The notes beneath the pieces were generated by a model, which saw nothing but the letters and a program-made list of their open reading frames with translations, did not search any database and had not been told where the DNA came from. A DNA stretch of 64,000 nucleotides from Desulfomonilia bacterium (GTDB taxonomy: Bacteria; Desulfobacterota; Desulfomonilia; UBA1062), in assembly GCA_050014195.1 (NCBI GenBank), contig JBEKDT010000003.1, positions 96,001-160,000 of the forward strand, given 5' to 3'. Both the position numbers and the translations under genes were made by a program. Each line of letters starts with the position of its first letter. The stretch's first letter is position 1. This document shows positions 20,700-30,557 of the stretch, one piece after another.

Positions 20700-21083
20700 C
20701 TTGAGATAGACCTCTTCAGCCAGGTATGCGCAGAATCCGCAGGCATTGCACAGATCTCCGGCACCGGGGGACAATTCGACTTCATATTTGGTGCGTTCTA
20801 TTCCCGCGGGGGCAAAGGGATCATCGGAATCAGCTCCACATTCACCGACAGGGAAGGCGCTGTGCATTCACGGATCGTTCCCACGCTTAGGCCCGGATCT
20901 ATCGTAACGGTGCCTCGTTCCATCGTGCAATACGTGGCCACCGAATACGGGATCGTGCAGCTCAAGGGCAAGTCCACCTGGGAACGGGCAGAAGCGCTCA
21001 TCGGGATTGCGCATCCCATGTTCCGCGACGAGCTCACCAGACAGGCCCGGGAGATGAAGATCTGGCTCAACAGGGATCGGTGA
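20700..21083 (+). pseudogene. C-terminal remnant of an acetyl-CoA hydrolase/4-hydroxybutyrate CoA-transferase gene
   Basis: [42 protein letters not shown]; N-terminal ~290 aa absent; no good start or SD. Confidence 0.7.
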
Positions 21084-21172
21084 GTTAGTGACCAGTTGTG
21101 AGTGAACCGTGATCAGCGAACAGACATTGAATGGGCTTGCCCTTGAGATGTGGCAAAACCCGCAGAAATGGA

Positions 21173-21196
21173 TGTAGGAGCTGCTTTAGCCGCGAT
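21173..21196 (+). repeat. Single GTAG-family REP-like element
   Basis: TGTAGGAGCTGCTTTAGCCGCGAT: GTAG tetranucleotide followed by an imperfect GC hairpin. Confidence 0.5.
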
Positions 21197-21229
21197 TTGA
21201 ATCATCGAATGCCGTGAGCATCATGCCTA

Positions 21230-22078
21230 TTACCCGGGTTTTATCGTCTTCTTCATCCACGCCGGGGCTTCCTTGCGTCCGGCCAACCTCTGAAAACCAA
21301 CCGGGAACAGTCGTTTGAGCCAGTCCAGCACATATGCATCAGGGCCCACCATGATACGTTGCTTGTCTTTTTTGATGCCGGAGATGATTATCTTTGCTGC
21401 CTTGTCCGCCGTTGTTTTGGCCATGAAGCGATCGAAAATGGCAACGGCCTCATCTCTGCTCAAAGAAGCGTCCGAGGCCTTGTAGAAGCGTGCATTGCGG
21501 GCAATGTTCGTCTTGATACCTCCGGGATGGACACAGGAGACTTTGATCTGGGTTCCTGAAAGCTCCTGAGAGAGGGTCTCGGTGAAACCCCGCACCGCAA
21601 ACTTCGCAGTACAGTAAGGTCCATTATTCGGGTTGGTGTAGATTCCGTTTACGCTACTGATATTGACGATGTGGGCCTCCTTATGCTGCTTGAGATAAGG
21701 AAGAAACTCCTTACAGCCGTAAACCACACCCCACAGGTTAATCCCCATGAGCCATTCAAAATCTTCATAACGAATGTCTTCCAGGGTTTCTGTCACAACC
21801 ACACCGGCATTATTGATAAGGAGGTGCACCCCGCTATGTTTCTCCACTGTCTCTTCGGCATAACGCTTGACCCGATCTCGATCTGCTACATCTACAACAT
21901 GGGTAGTGACTCTGATATTTCGGTTGCCGATCATGTCGGCCGTCTCTTTGAGTCCTTCCTCGTCAACATCCGAGATGGCAACATGGCAGCCTTCATCGAC
22001 CAGGTTCACGGCCAGCGCCCTCCCAATACCGGACGCGGCGCCGGTTATGGCCGCTACCTTGTCTCTTAGCTCCTTCAT
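21230..22078 (-). CDS. Short-chain dehydrogenase/reductase
   Basis: TGAASGIG, NNAG, YCTAK, PGGIKT. Confidence 0.93.
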   Translation of the reverse strand: MKELRDKVAAITGAASGIGRALAVNLVDEGCHVAISDVDEEGLKETADMIGNRNIRVTTHVVDVADRDRVKRYAEETVEKHSGVHLLINNAGVVVTETLEDIRYEDFEWLMGINLWGVVYGCKEFLPYLKQHKEAHIVNISSVNGIYTNPNNGPYCTAKFAVRGFTETLSQELSGTQIKVSCVHPGGIKTNIARNARFYKASDASLSRDEAVAIFDRFMAKTTADKAAKIIISGIKKDKQRIMVGPDAYVLDWLKRLFPVGFQRLAGRKEAPAWMKKTIKPG

Positions 22079-22183
22079 GGATATATCCTCTCAGGTATGG
22101 TTGATAGGTAAAATCGCGCAGGCCATATCCATGGTCTTGGCCCGATGCCGGGAGATATGCCTGCCCTGGTGACGGAGCGGATA

Positions 22184-23218
22184 TTATCCGGCAGAACCTG
22201 CCTGCGCCGCCATATGCGCCCTAATCTTTTTGGCCGTCCATCCCATGGCCATGTAAGAGCCAAGGTACACTGCGATGAAAACACATACGACCTTTGATAT
22301 CATGGCAGCTGCAAACGGGATGTTTTCAAATCCGGCTACACCAAGAGCAAGTCCATACAGAATACCCACTACTATCCCCATAAAGAGCATGATGAGGAAG
22401 TAAAGAAATCCATGGATGCCCTTTCCCTTGCCTAAACCATCCAGGGTGATTATGCCCAGGTAAAAGCCCGAAATGGTGTACATGATGGCAGCCAGGAAGG
22501 TGAAGTTGCACACGAACATAAAGGTGATGACATGGTCAGCCACGACCGCCTTTACCGGAAGAAGACCTTGCAGATTGGGGAATTCCCGGGAGAGTTTGAG
22601 CATTTCCTGATGGAACCCCCTGTTCGCGATCGGACAGTTTATGATGAGTTGGAATATGAAGTTGGGCAGTATGTATGTTTTCCAGAAATACCCCTTCTTC
22701 GTTATGACCCCGGCATAGGCACCTAGTCCTTTGGCTGCGAGGCTAGTAAGGTCACGTCCGATGAATCGGCTGGTAATGAGGTAGTGCGGTATGACATAGA
22801 GCAACGAGAGCACTAAGGTTATGCGGGGGCGCGGTGTCCACCCGGTTCCATAGATGATACCCATGATGATCGCCGTGCATAACAAGGCGATGGGAAACGA
22901 TACAGGAAGAGTCATGAGCCAGGGGTTCCCCACAGGCCTATCCGCCCCTGCATCTCCCCCTGTTGGAAGCTCCACCTTTCCTTCGATGAGTTCCTTGCGT
23001 GCCGCAAACAGGGTGCCTGCGGGCTGGAACGTAATGAATGCCATGTATACCGTCGCAATGAACCCCGCCACGGTGAACTGAGTGTATTCAGCCCCCATGA
23101 CACGGAAGATAAGTAATCCCCCTACCACGATCAAAACGGCGATGACAACGAAGCTCACCACTACCTGGACTGCAAGAACCTGATTGACCCCGAGTTTCTT
23201 TTTCTTTGAATCTGCCAT
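22184..23218 (-). CDS. Hypothetical membrane protein (about 8 TM)
   Basis: 344-aa hydrophobic ORF with GAGGGGAGG SD. Confidence 0.75.
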   Translation of the reverse strand: MADSKKKKLGVNQVLAVQVVVSFVVIAVLIVVGGLLIFRVMGAEYTQFTVAGFIATVYMAFITFQPAGTLFAARKELIEGKVELPTGGDAGADRPVGNPWLMTLPVSFPIALLCTAIIMGIIYGTGWTPRPRITLVLSLLYVIPHYLITSRFIGRDLTSLAAKGLGAYAGVITKKGYFWKTYILPNFIFQLIINCPIANRGFHQEMLKLSREFPNLQGLLPVKAVVADHVITFMFVCNFTFLAAIMYTISGFYLGIITLDGLGKGKGIHGFLYFLIMLFMGIVVGILYGLALGVAGFENIPFAAAMISKVVCVFIAVYLGSYMAMGWTAKKIRAHMAAQAGSAG

Positions 23219-23589
23219 AGAACCTCCCCTCAGAAATATAGGACCCCTTCAATACTTATTATAGCCCGGCATTATCATTCCTGTTGTGGAATCACACTCC
23301 CTACAGCAGATATGTATCTAAGAGCTTGATGATTTTCCTCCTCAACACACAGGTGTGGAGAGGTCTACAAACAGTATCATCTCAACATGCAATTTATCAT
23401 GAATTAATTAATACTCTCACTAATCACTAGAATAAATAGGAATCTTATTGAGTAACGGTTAAATTCGAACGGTAGATTATGAACTCTTAACCTGAAATTA
23501 ACGTGCCCCGTGGGAAGGGGCATTACTTGTTCAGAGGGAAATGCCCTGCTGGGGCAGGGTTTCATGGAGGACACGCACTGACCTGACCA

Positions 23590-23790
23590 CTATACTCCCG
23601 ACTCTTCGGTCCGCGGCTGGGGACCAGGGATGATGCCCGCAATATCAGGGTCTTCATCGTTTAACAGAGGATCCTTGTTTTCCTTCAGGTCCTTCCGTTC
23701 GAGCTTCTTGGCCTCCTTGGCGAGTCTTTTGCGCCTCTTTGCCTCTTCACGTTCCTTCTTTTTAAAGGTATTCGTTGATCTGTTAGCCAT
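23590..23790 (-). CDS. Small basic hypothetical protein downstream of csp
   Basis: GGAGG SD; TFKKKEREEAKRRKR...DPDIAGIIPGPQP. Confidence 0.7.
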   Translation of the reverse strand: MANRSTNTFKKKEREEAKRRKRLAKEAKKLERKDLKENKDPLLNDEDPDIAGIIPGPQPRTEESGV

Positions 23791-23892
23791 ATTTACCTCC
23801 CGGCTTGAAGCCTACGAGACCTTTTGAGGTCGAACAATACTTGCGAGGCTTGTTGCTGGGAACAAATTCCTCTGATTCCCAGATGGATTCAA

Positions 23893-23919
23893 GGGCGGGT
23901 CATGCCCCGCCCGTTTTTT
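23893..23919. terminator. GC hairpin after the csp gene
   Basis: GGGCGGG-TCATGC-CCCGCCC stem-loop next to the csp stop. Confidence 0.5.
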
Positions 23920-23926
23920 CACTATT

Positions 23927-24127
23927 TTAAGATGTTGTTACGTTGGATGCCTGCATCCCCTTCTGACCTTTGACGATCTCAAAGGTAACCCTCTGGCCCT
24001 CTTCGAGTGCCCTGAACCCCTGCTGGTTGATGGACGTATGGTGTACGAATACATCCTGGCCGTCATCAGCGGTGATGAAACCATACCCTTTTTCTCTGTT
24101 AAACCACTTTACTGTTCCTTGCGCCAT
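23927..24127 (-). CDS. cspA: Cold-shock protein
   Basis: GTVKWFN, KGYGFI (RNP1), DVFVH (RNP2). Confidence 0.95.
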   Translation of the reverse strand: MAQGTVKWFNREKGYGFITADDGQDVFVHHTSINQQGFRALEEGQRVTFEIVKGQKGMQASNVTTS

Positions 24128-24414
24128 GTTCAATACCTTTCTTGCATTCTTCCCCTGCCTTGCCTGGCAGGAGACACTGCGGATGAATTTCTGAAATCTG
24201 AAGATATCGTCGATGAAATGTTGACTTGGGGGAGCCGTACAGAAGGTGTTCTTCGCAGGTCAAAACTCAAGTCGGATATATTCTTTTTCAGATGTAAGTT
24301 ACACGTAGTGCACAACAAAGCCGGTGTCAAGAGTTAAATCAGGTGATTATGTATTAAAAATAAGGGAGAACTGCGAATACGTCTCCTGTTTATTCTTTTT
24401 TCTCGTTCACCTCT

Positions 24415-25476
24415 TCATGGCCGAATCTTCTCGGTGCTCATGAGGTTAAATGTCTCAAAAACCGTCTCCGGCGGGGTGTAGAATTTTTCATCAGGCTTTT
24501 TTAGGAGGCTTAGGGCCTCAGTGGGGCAGGTGGTGACACACAAGCCGCAGCCGATGCAACGCTCAGCCCTGAATTGGATCTTATCTTCCTTGAGTTTCAA
24601 TGCTCCGACAGGGCAACGTTTCAAGCATACGCCACAAGCAGTGCAGAGTGATTCATCCAAGGAGCAGACATAGTTGCTCTTTGCTTCTCGGGCCGGTGCC
24701 GGGAAGAGCTTGAGTGAGATGAGCATGCCGCAGCAGCAGGAACAGCAGGCGCACATGGCCTCAACATTGACCGAATTCAGGATATGGATGACCAACCCCT
24801 CGGCTTCATTGCGCTTCAATATCGTTAACGCCTCATCCGTACTGATGTAACGGGCCATGCCGTTGTCCACATAGTAGTCTGCAAAGGAATCAAACTGGAT
24901 ACAGGTCTCTAACGGATGCGAGCAACCCTTGCCGTACATGCGCACCGCCTTGCGGCAAAAGCAATCGGCAACGGCAATACGGGATTTGCCCTTGATGATG
25001 GCAGCGGCATCGTCGTAGGGGGCAATGGGACCATCCGGGGTTATCCGGGTGTTGATGGGGATAGATCTCAGGTGAGGCGTCTTCAGCCCATGAAATGTGG
25101 CGCCCAGGCCGGTAAGGTAGTACTCGGAGATATCCTTTAAAAGTTGGGGGCTCAAATTGTTCAACTGAAACTCGTAGATGCCTACGATAAAGGGGATAGG
25201 GAAATATCGGGTGGTTTCACCTTCTCTCAGCCGGAAGATGAGTCCCTTCCCGGCCATTTCTTCCAACTGCGTTACCATGGCAGCAGGTTCTGACCGGACA
25301 TGAGAGGCCACCTCTTGGGCGGTTTGAGGCTGTGGATTCATGGCCAGGAATAGTTCGGCATCTTCCTCGCTGAAGAGCTGTTTCAAGATCCTAATCTCCA
25401 CCCCGCCCTGGGTGGCCGGGTAACCGGTTGCCATTTCATCGAGCCTGGCGCGCAATCTCTCATATACATCGGGCAT
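24415..25476 (-). CDS. 4Fe-4S dicluster protein with N-terminal HTH-like region
   Basis: CFCR, CACCSCCC and two CxxCxxCxxxCP motifs. Confidence 0.88.
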   Translation of the reverse strand: MPDVYERLRARLDEMATGYPATQGGVEIRILKQLFSEEDAELFLAMNPQPQTAQEVASHVRSEPAAMVTQLEEMAGKGLIFRLREGETTRYFPIPFIVGIYEFQLNNLSPQLLKDISEYYLTGLGATFHGLKTPHLRSIPINTRITPDGPIAPYDDAAAIIKGKSRIAVADCFCRKAVRMYGKGCSHPLETCIQFDSFADYYVDNGMARYISTDEALTILKRNEAEGLVIHILNSVNVEAMCACCSCCCGMLISLKLFPAPAREAKSNYVCSLDESLCTACGVCLKRCPVGALKLKEDKIQFRAERCIGCGLCVTTCPTEALSLLKKPDEKFYTPPETVFETFNLMSTEKIRP

Positions 25477-25686
25477 GACTGCATGATCCTCGTGTCTTAA
25501 GTTTTAACATGGATCATAGCGGATTCTAAAAGTCCTTACTACGAAAAATAGACATCTGTTTTCACCATTGGTTTGAATCACCCCTTTAAGTAAGAGAAGA
25601 AGCTTCTTCTCTCTTGATCTTTTCAACTCATGGAATATATTATTAAAGAGTACTACATATTGTAATCAAGTGAAGGGAGAAACTGC

Positions 25687-27177
25687 ATGGGGACTTTCCC
25701 GGAATATGACCGGTATGACGCACTCGGCCTGGCCGAGCTTATCAGGAGGAAAGAAGTTACACCAGAGGAACTCTGCGAAGAGGCCATCAGCCGCATAGAG
25801 AGAATCAACCCGAAGATCAACGCAGTAATCTACAATATGTTCGACATAGCCCGGAATACTCTCAAGGGCAAGCTGCCTCAAGGCCCGTTTACCGGCGTTC
25901 CATTCCTCATTAAAGACCTGCTCGCCTCCTATGCAGGCGTCCCTCTGACCATGGGGAGCAAGGCCTACAAAAACTACATTCCCGCTCAGGACAGCGAGTT
26001 GATGAAGCGCTACAAGGCTGCCGGCGTGGTGATCGTCGGTAAGACCAACACCCCCGAGTTCGGCCTCATGGGCATAACCGAGCCGGAACTGCATGGACCG
26101 ACCCGCAACCCATGGAATCCGGAACACACGCCGGGCGGATCGAGCGGCGGATCAGGTGCGGCTGTTGCAAGCGGCATGGTGCCCTTTGCCTCCGGCGGCG
26201 ATGGCGGTGGCTCCATACGCATTCCCTCTTCTTACTGCGGACTCTTCGGGATGAAGCCCACAAGGGGACGGAATCCTACAGGCCCGGAGTACGGCCAGAT
26301 ATGGCAGGGTGCTGCAGTGGAGCATGTGATCACACGCTCAGTGAGGGACAGCGCAGCCATGATGGATGCCGTAAACGGGCCCGATGCCGGTGCCCCGTAT
26401 ATCATACCGAACCCTGAGAGGCCGTATCTCGATGAATTAAACCGCGAACCAGGCCCCCTGAAAATCGCCTTCACAAAAAAATCACCCCTGAATGCAGGGG
26501 TACATCCTGAATGTCAAAAGGCAGTGGAAAATGCTGCAGCCCTCCTGACAAGTCTGGGGCATCGGGTGGAGGAAGCAGAACCGGATATCGACGGTATTGC
26601 CCTGGCCAAGAGTTATTTTACCATGTACTTCGGGGAGATTGCGGCCGATATGAAAGACCTCAAAACGGTACTGGGGAGAAAGGCGAAACCTTCGGATGTG
26701 GAAGGCCCCACCTGGGCGCTCAAGCTGCTCGGGGATGCATTCACAGCGGGGGAGTTCGTGTATGCAATAAGGCAGTGGAATACCTTTTCCCGGCAGATGG
26801 GCCTCTTCCATCAGAAATATGATCTCTATCTCACTCCTACCACGGCTTACCCCCCGGTGAGGATCGGGGAACTGAAACCAAAACCTATAGAAGAATGGCT
26901 CATGAAAATCACCAATTCGCTGAACCTGGGCAAACTGATACGCCTTTCAGGTATTGCCGACAAGCTCGCCATTGAAAGCCTGGCCAAGACGCCATACACA
27001 CAGCTTGCTAATCTTACCGGCCTGCCCGCCATGTCGGTGCCGTTGCACTGGACCGGGGACGGCCTGCCCTGCGGGGTTCAGTTCATAGCACGCTTCGGGG
27101 ATGAGGCAACACTCTTCAGACTCGCAGCCCAGCTCGAAAAGGCCCAGCCCTGGTTCGACAGGAGACCAAAACTATAG
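25687..27177 (+). CDS. Amidase-signature family protein
   Basis: [24 protein letters not shown]. Confidence 0.93.
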   Translation: MGTFPEYDRYDALGLAELIRRKEVTPEELCEEAISRIERINPKINAVIYNMFDIARNTLKGKLPQGPFTGVPFLIKDLLASYAGVPLTMGSKAYKNYIPAQDSELMKRYKAAGVVIVGKTNTPEFGLMGITEPELHGPTRNPWNPEHTPGGSSGGSGAAVASGMVPFASGGDGGGSIRIPSSYCGLFGMKPTRGRNPTGPEYGQIWQGAAVEHVITRSVRDSAAMMDAVNGPDAGAPYIIPNPERPYLDELNREPGPLKIAFTKKSPLNAGVHPECQKAVENAAALLTSLGHRVEEAEPDIDGIALAKSYFTMYFGEIAADMKDLKTVLGRKAKPSDVEGPTWALKLLGDAFTAGEFVYAIRQWNTFSRQMGLFHQKYDLYLTPTTAYPPVRIGELKPKPIEEWLMKITNSLNLGKLIRLSGIADKLAIESLAKTPYTQLANLTGLPAMSVPLHWTGDGLPCGVQFIARFGDEATLFRLAAQLEKAQPWFDRRPKL

Positions 27178-27281
27178 GCTCCTGCCGCACATCGATTATC
27201 ATACTCTTTGCATAATATTTTATGGTAATCTTAATGTTGTGGTATGTGTTGAATTAATACAAACAAGAGGAGGTCCCATCA

Positions 27282-28952
27282 ATGGAAAAACCCTGGCACA
27301 GGCACTATGACTACAACGTCCCCACCAGCATCCGCTACCCGAGGATCCCGGCCCAGAGCCTTTTCCAGCTCTCTGTCGGCACATTCCCTGACAAGCCTTG
27401 TATAAACTTCTACGGGACCGAGTACACATTCTGGCAGATCAGGGAACGGATGCTCCGCATGACCAATGCCCTTGGGAAGCTCGGCGTGAAGAAGGGAGAC
27501 CGGGTGGGCATCCATCTGCCCAACTGCCCCCAGTTTCCCATCTCCTATCTCGCCGTCCTTTCCCTCGGGGCCATCGTAGTGAACATGAATCCGCTCTATA
27601 CCATAAGCGAGCTTAAGCACATCATGGAGATCACCGGGATGGAGACAGCGATCTCCTTTGACATAGGGCTTCCCAATATCCGGACACTGTCTAAGGATGT
27701 CGGGCTCAAGCGGATAGTGGTGACCAGGGTGACGGACTACATCAACGGGTTCGGCGTGAGTACTGCCAAAGACCTGGACTTGAACAAGGATGAGGGATTC
27801 TACCACTTCTCCGAACTCATCGAAGGTACCCCGGAAACCCGCCTGCCCCGCTTCCCGTTCAGCCCGGATGACCCGGCCATGATCCAGTTCACCGGCGGCA
27901 CAACAGGCGTGCCCAAGGGCGCGCTGCTTACGCATGCGAATATCCTGGCAGCCACCTTCCAGGCAGCCATGTGGGGCAACCCCGTCAACTTGCCGGTACC
28001 TGCTGAAAGGCGGACTGTCTTGAGCGTGCTTCCCTATTTCCATGTATATGGCAACATCGTTGCAATGAACTGGGCTTTCTTTACCAACGCCACCCAGATC
28101 CTGGTGCCGCGATTCGATATCGAGGAGCTCATGGGCATTATCGCCAACTTCGAGGACATCTCATTCTTCCCCGCAGTGCCCACCATGATCACCGCCATCA
28201 TCAACCACAAAAAGGCACTTGAGCTTAACCTTGCCAAACGATTGAAGGTGCTCAACTCCGGTGCCGCGCCCATGCCGGTCGAGCTCATCGAGAAAGTACA
28301 GGATATGGGCATTTATTTCAGCGAGGGATACGGATTGAGCGAATCTACATCCCTTGGCATCAGCAATCCCATCTTTGGCATGAAGAAGGTGGGCAGCATC
28401 GGCATCCCCTTCCCGGACAACGATGTCCGCCTGGTGGACGTGGGAAACGGGACCGATGATGTGAAACCGGGCGACCCGGGGGAGATCATCATGAAAGGCC
28501 CGCTCATCATGAAGGAATACTGGAACAACCCCGAAGAGACCAAGGGCCAGCTTGTTGATGGCTGGCTGCACACCGGCGATATTGCCCAGATGGACGAGGA
28601 CGGCTACCTCTTCATCGTAGACCGGAAAAAGGACATGATCATTGCAGGCGGGTTCAATATCTACCCGCGCGAGATCGACGAGATCCTCTACCAGCACCCC
28701 AAGGTCGCCGAGGCTGTAACGGTCGGCATACCGGATAAGTACCGGGGCGAAACGGTGAAGGCCTTTGTCGTCCTCAAACCCGGACAGACAGCCACGGATA
28801 AGGAGATCATGGACTTCTGCAAGGCCAAGCTCACGGCCTACAAGGTGCCGAAGCTCATCGAGTTCAGAGACTCGCTTCCCAAATCCACTGTAGGCAAGAT
28901 CCTTCGCAAGATCCTCAAGCAGGAGGAGGCGGAAAAGGCAAAGAAATCTTGA
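27282..28952 (+). CDS. Long-chain-fatty-acid--CoA ligase
   Basis: QFTGGTTGVPKG, EGYGLSE, LHTGD, DRKKDMI. Confidence 0.93.
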   Translation: MEKPWHRHYDYNVPTSIRYPRIPAQSLFQLSVGTFPDKPCINFYGTEYTFWQIRERMLRMTNALGKLGVKKGDRVGIHLPNCPQFPISYLAVLSLGAIVVNMNPLYTISELKHIMEITGMETAISFDIGLPNIRTLSKDVGLKRIVVTRVTDYINGFGVSTAKDLDLNKDEGFYHFSELIEGTPETRLPRFPFSPDDPAMIQFTGGTTGVPKGALLTHANILAATFQAAMWGNPVNLPVPAERRTVLSVLPYFHVYGNIVAMNWAFFTNATQILVPRFDIEELMGIIANFEDISFFPAVPTMITAIINHKKALELNLAKRLKVLNSGAAPMPVELIEKVQDMGIYFSEGYGLSESTSLGISNPIFGMKKVGSIGIPFPDNDVRLVDVGNGTDDVKPGDPGEIIMKGPLIMKEYWNNPEETKGQLVDGWLHTGDIAQMDEDGYLFIVDRKKDMIIAGGFNIYPREIDEILYQHPKVAEAVTVGIPDKYRGETVKAFVVLKPGQTATDKEIMDFCKAKLTAYKVPKLIEFRDSLPKSTVGKILRKILKQEEAEKAKKS

Positions 28953-28967
28953 TCTCTTTTGAATTAC

Positions 28968-29018
28968 ACCCCTCATCCCCTCTCCCTGCGGATTGGGGAG
29001 AAGGCCGGGGTGAGGGGT
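28968..29018. repeat. REP-like palindrome (CCCCTCA...TGAGGGG type); likely bidirectional terminator
   Basis: ACCCCTCATCCC...CTCCC / GGGAG...GGGGTGAGGGGT between convergent genes. Confidence 0.55.
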
Positions 29019-29032
29019 CCATTGAGTTCTTT

Positions 29033-30016
29033 TTAAGAGTAATTCTTCCGATAGAGCCGCTGATAATCCCTGGGAAGAAGCCCTGTCTGCCGGAGAAAAA
29101 TCCTGCGGAATGAGGCCGGGTCTTCGTATCCTACCATTGAGGTGACCTCTTCAAATGACCTGTTTCCGGTCTCGAGCAGATCACGTGCCGCTTCGATCCG
29201 TACCTTTTGGAGAAAGTTCACCGGGGTGTCCCCGGTGGCCTTATTGAACCTGCGCTGAAAGGTCCGCTCGCTCATATTGGCCTTTCGGGCCAACATCTTA
29301 ATGCTGAGCTTTTGGGAATAGTGCTCCTCGATCCAGTTCTGGGCATCATGAATCATGCCGTCCCTGTGTGACCTCTTTGCAATCAGGGCTGAATAAGGCG
29401 CCTGAGTGGATCTTCCAAGGTCATACACAAAAGCCTTTGCACATTGAATAGCCGCTGCCCTACCGCAAAGCTTCTCCACGAGATACAGCGAAAGATCGAT
29501 GCACGAGTTGGAACCGCCTGAGCAGTACAGATCGCCCTCATCCGTGATGAGTTCATCGGCTCTGCACTCCACCTTGGGGTACCTTTTCCTGAACTGCCTG
29601 ACAAAACCCCAATGGGTTGTAGCCGTCTTCCCGTCCAGCAGGCCGGTCTCAGCCAGGACAAAGGCCCCTGTGCAGACGCTGGCGATCCAGGCGCCATTTT
29701 TATATATTTCCTTCAACCATGATACGACCTCCCTGTTCGCATCGAGCGCACCTGAGATATTGCCGGTAATGGCGCTGACCATGACCAGGTCTGTCTTATG
29801 TATGTCATGCATGGAACAATGCGGTGTCAGGATGATCCCATTCAGGCACTTTACCGGTTTTCCGTCTTTCGTTACTATACGGACCGTAAAGTCCGGTGCA
29901 GCGGATCTGCCGCTGATCCCGTTCCACAACACGCCCGAGAGGGAAAATACATCCATGGGCCCGGTAAAGGTGGATGCCACACCGGCGTCTAATGCCACAA
30001 TGGTAATGTCTTTCAT
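29033..30016 (-). CDS. GlxA-family AraC regulator (DJ-1/GATase + HTH)
   Basis: SVCTGAFVLA.TGLLDGK.ATTHW, MSERTFQRRF, VGYEDPASFRRIF. Confidence 0.92.
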   Translation of the reverse strand: MKDITIVALDAGVASTFTGPMDVFSLSGVLWNGISGRSAAPDFTVRIVTKDGKPVKCLNGIILTPHCSMHDIHKTDLVMVSAITGNISGALDANREVVSWLKEIYKNGAWIASVCTGAFVLAETGLLDGKTATTHWGFVRQFRKRYPKVECRADELITDEGDLYCSGGSNSCIDLSLYLVEKLCGRAAAIQCAKAFVYDLGRSTQAPYSALIAKRSHRDGMIHDAQNWIEEHYSQKLSIKMLARKANMSERTFQRRFNKATGDTPVNFLQKVRIEAARDLLETGNRSFEEVTSMVGYEDPASFRRIFLRQTGLLPRDYQRLYRKNYS

Positions 30017-30162
30017 TTCACTCCTGCCGAAGAATGTCGTTTTTCACCTTATAAATGTCATTTATGCCACTGGGCAGGGGCAAACGCAAGGGATACTATC
30101 TTGATGCATCAAGGCTCTTTTTATTACAAGTAGCCTTGAGAGCTCATGCACGGGAGGATGAC

Positions 30163-30510
30163 ATGGAAAAGATGGTGGCCTTTTGCGGGATCGTGTGCTC
30201 GGAATGCCCGGTATTTCTTGCTACGAAGAACGATGATGACAATGCGAGAAAAGAAGTGGCAGAACTCTGGTCAAAACGGTTCGGGTTTGACATGAAACCG
30301 GATGATGCCAACTGCGACGGATGCCAGTCAAAGGACGGCAGGCTCTTCAACCACTGCCGGACCTGCAATATAAGGCTCTGCGGTATAGACAAACAGCTCG
30401 GCAACTGTGCCTCTTGTCCCGAGTATGCATGCCAGAAGCTACAGGATTTCCATGCACTCGTCCCTTATGCAAGAAAGAAGCTCGATAAGTTACGGCAGCA
30501 AGAAAGATGA
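30163..30510 (+). CDS. DUF3795-like Cys-rich protein
   Basis: CGIVCSEC, CDGC, C..C.I..C, C..C.EY.C..L; GGAGG SD. Confidence 0.82.
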   Translation: MEKMVAFCGIVCSECPVFLATKNDDDNARKEVAELWSKRFGFDMKPDDANCDGCQSKDGRLFNHCRTCNIRLCGIDKQLGNCASCPEYACQKLQDFHALVPYARKKLDKLRQQER

Positions 30511-30557
30511 GATCATCACCATGGAAGAGGTTTTAGGAGGTGCGCCCAAGGCACATA

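Noticed and set aside
21148-21180. c-di-GMP-I riboswitch-like GGCAAA...GAAA
   Set aside because: Lacks the GCAAA/P2 elements, and lies between convergent 3' ends rather than in a leader.
23500-23570. Two GC hairpins as a possible sRNA
   Set aside because: They are adequately explained as 3' structures of the upstream minus-strand transcript; no promoter or known family features support an sRNA.
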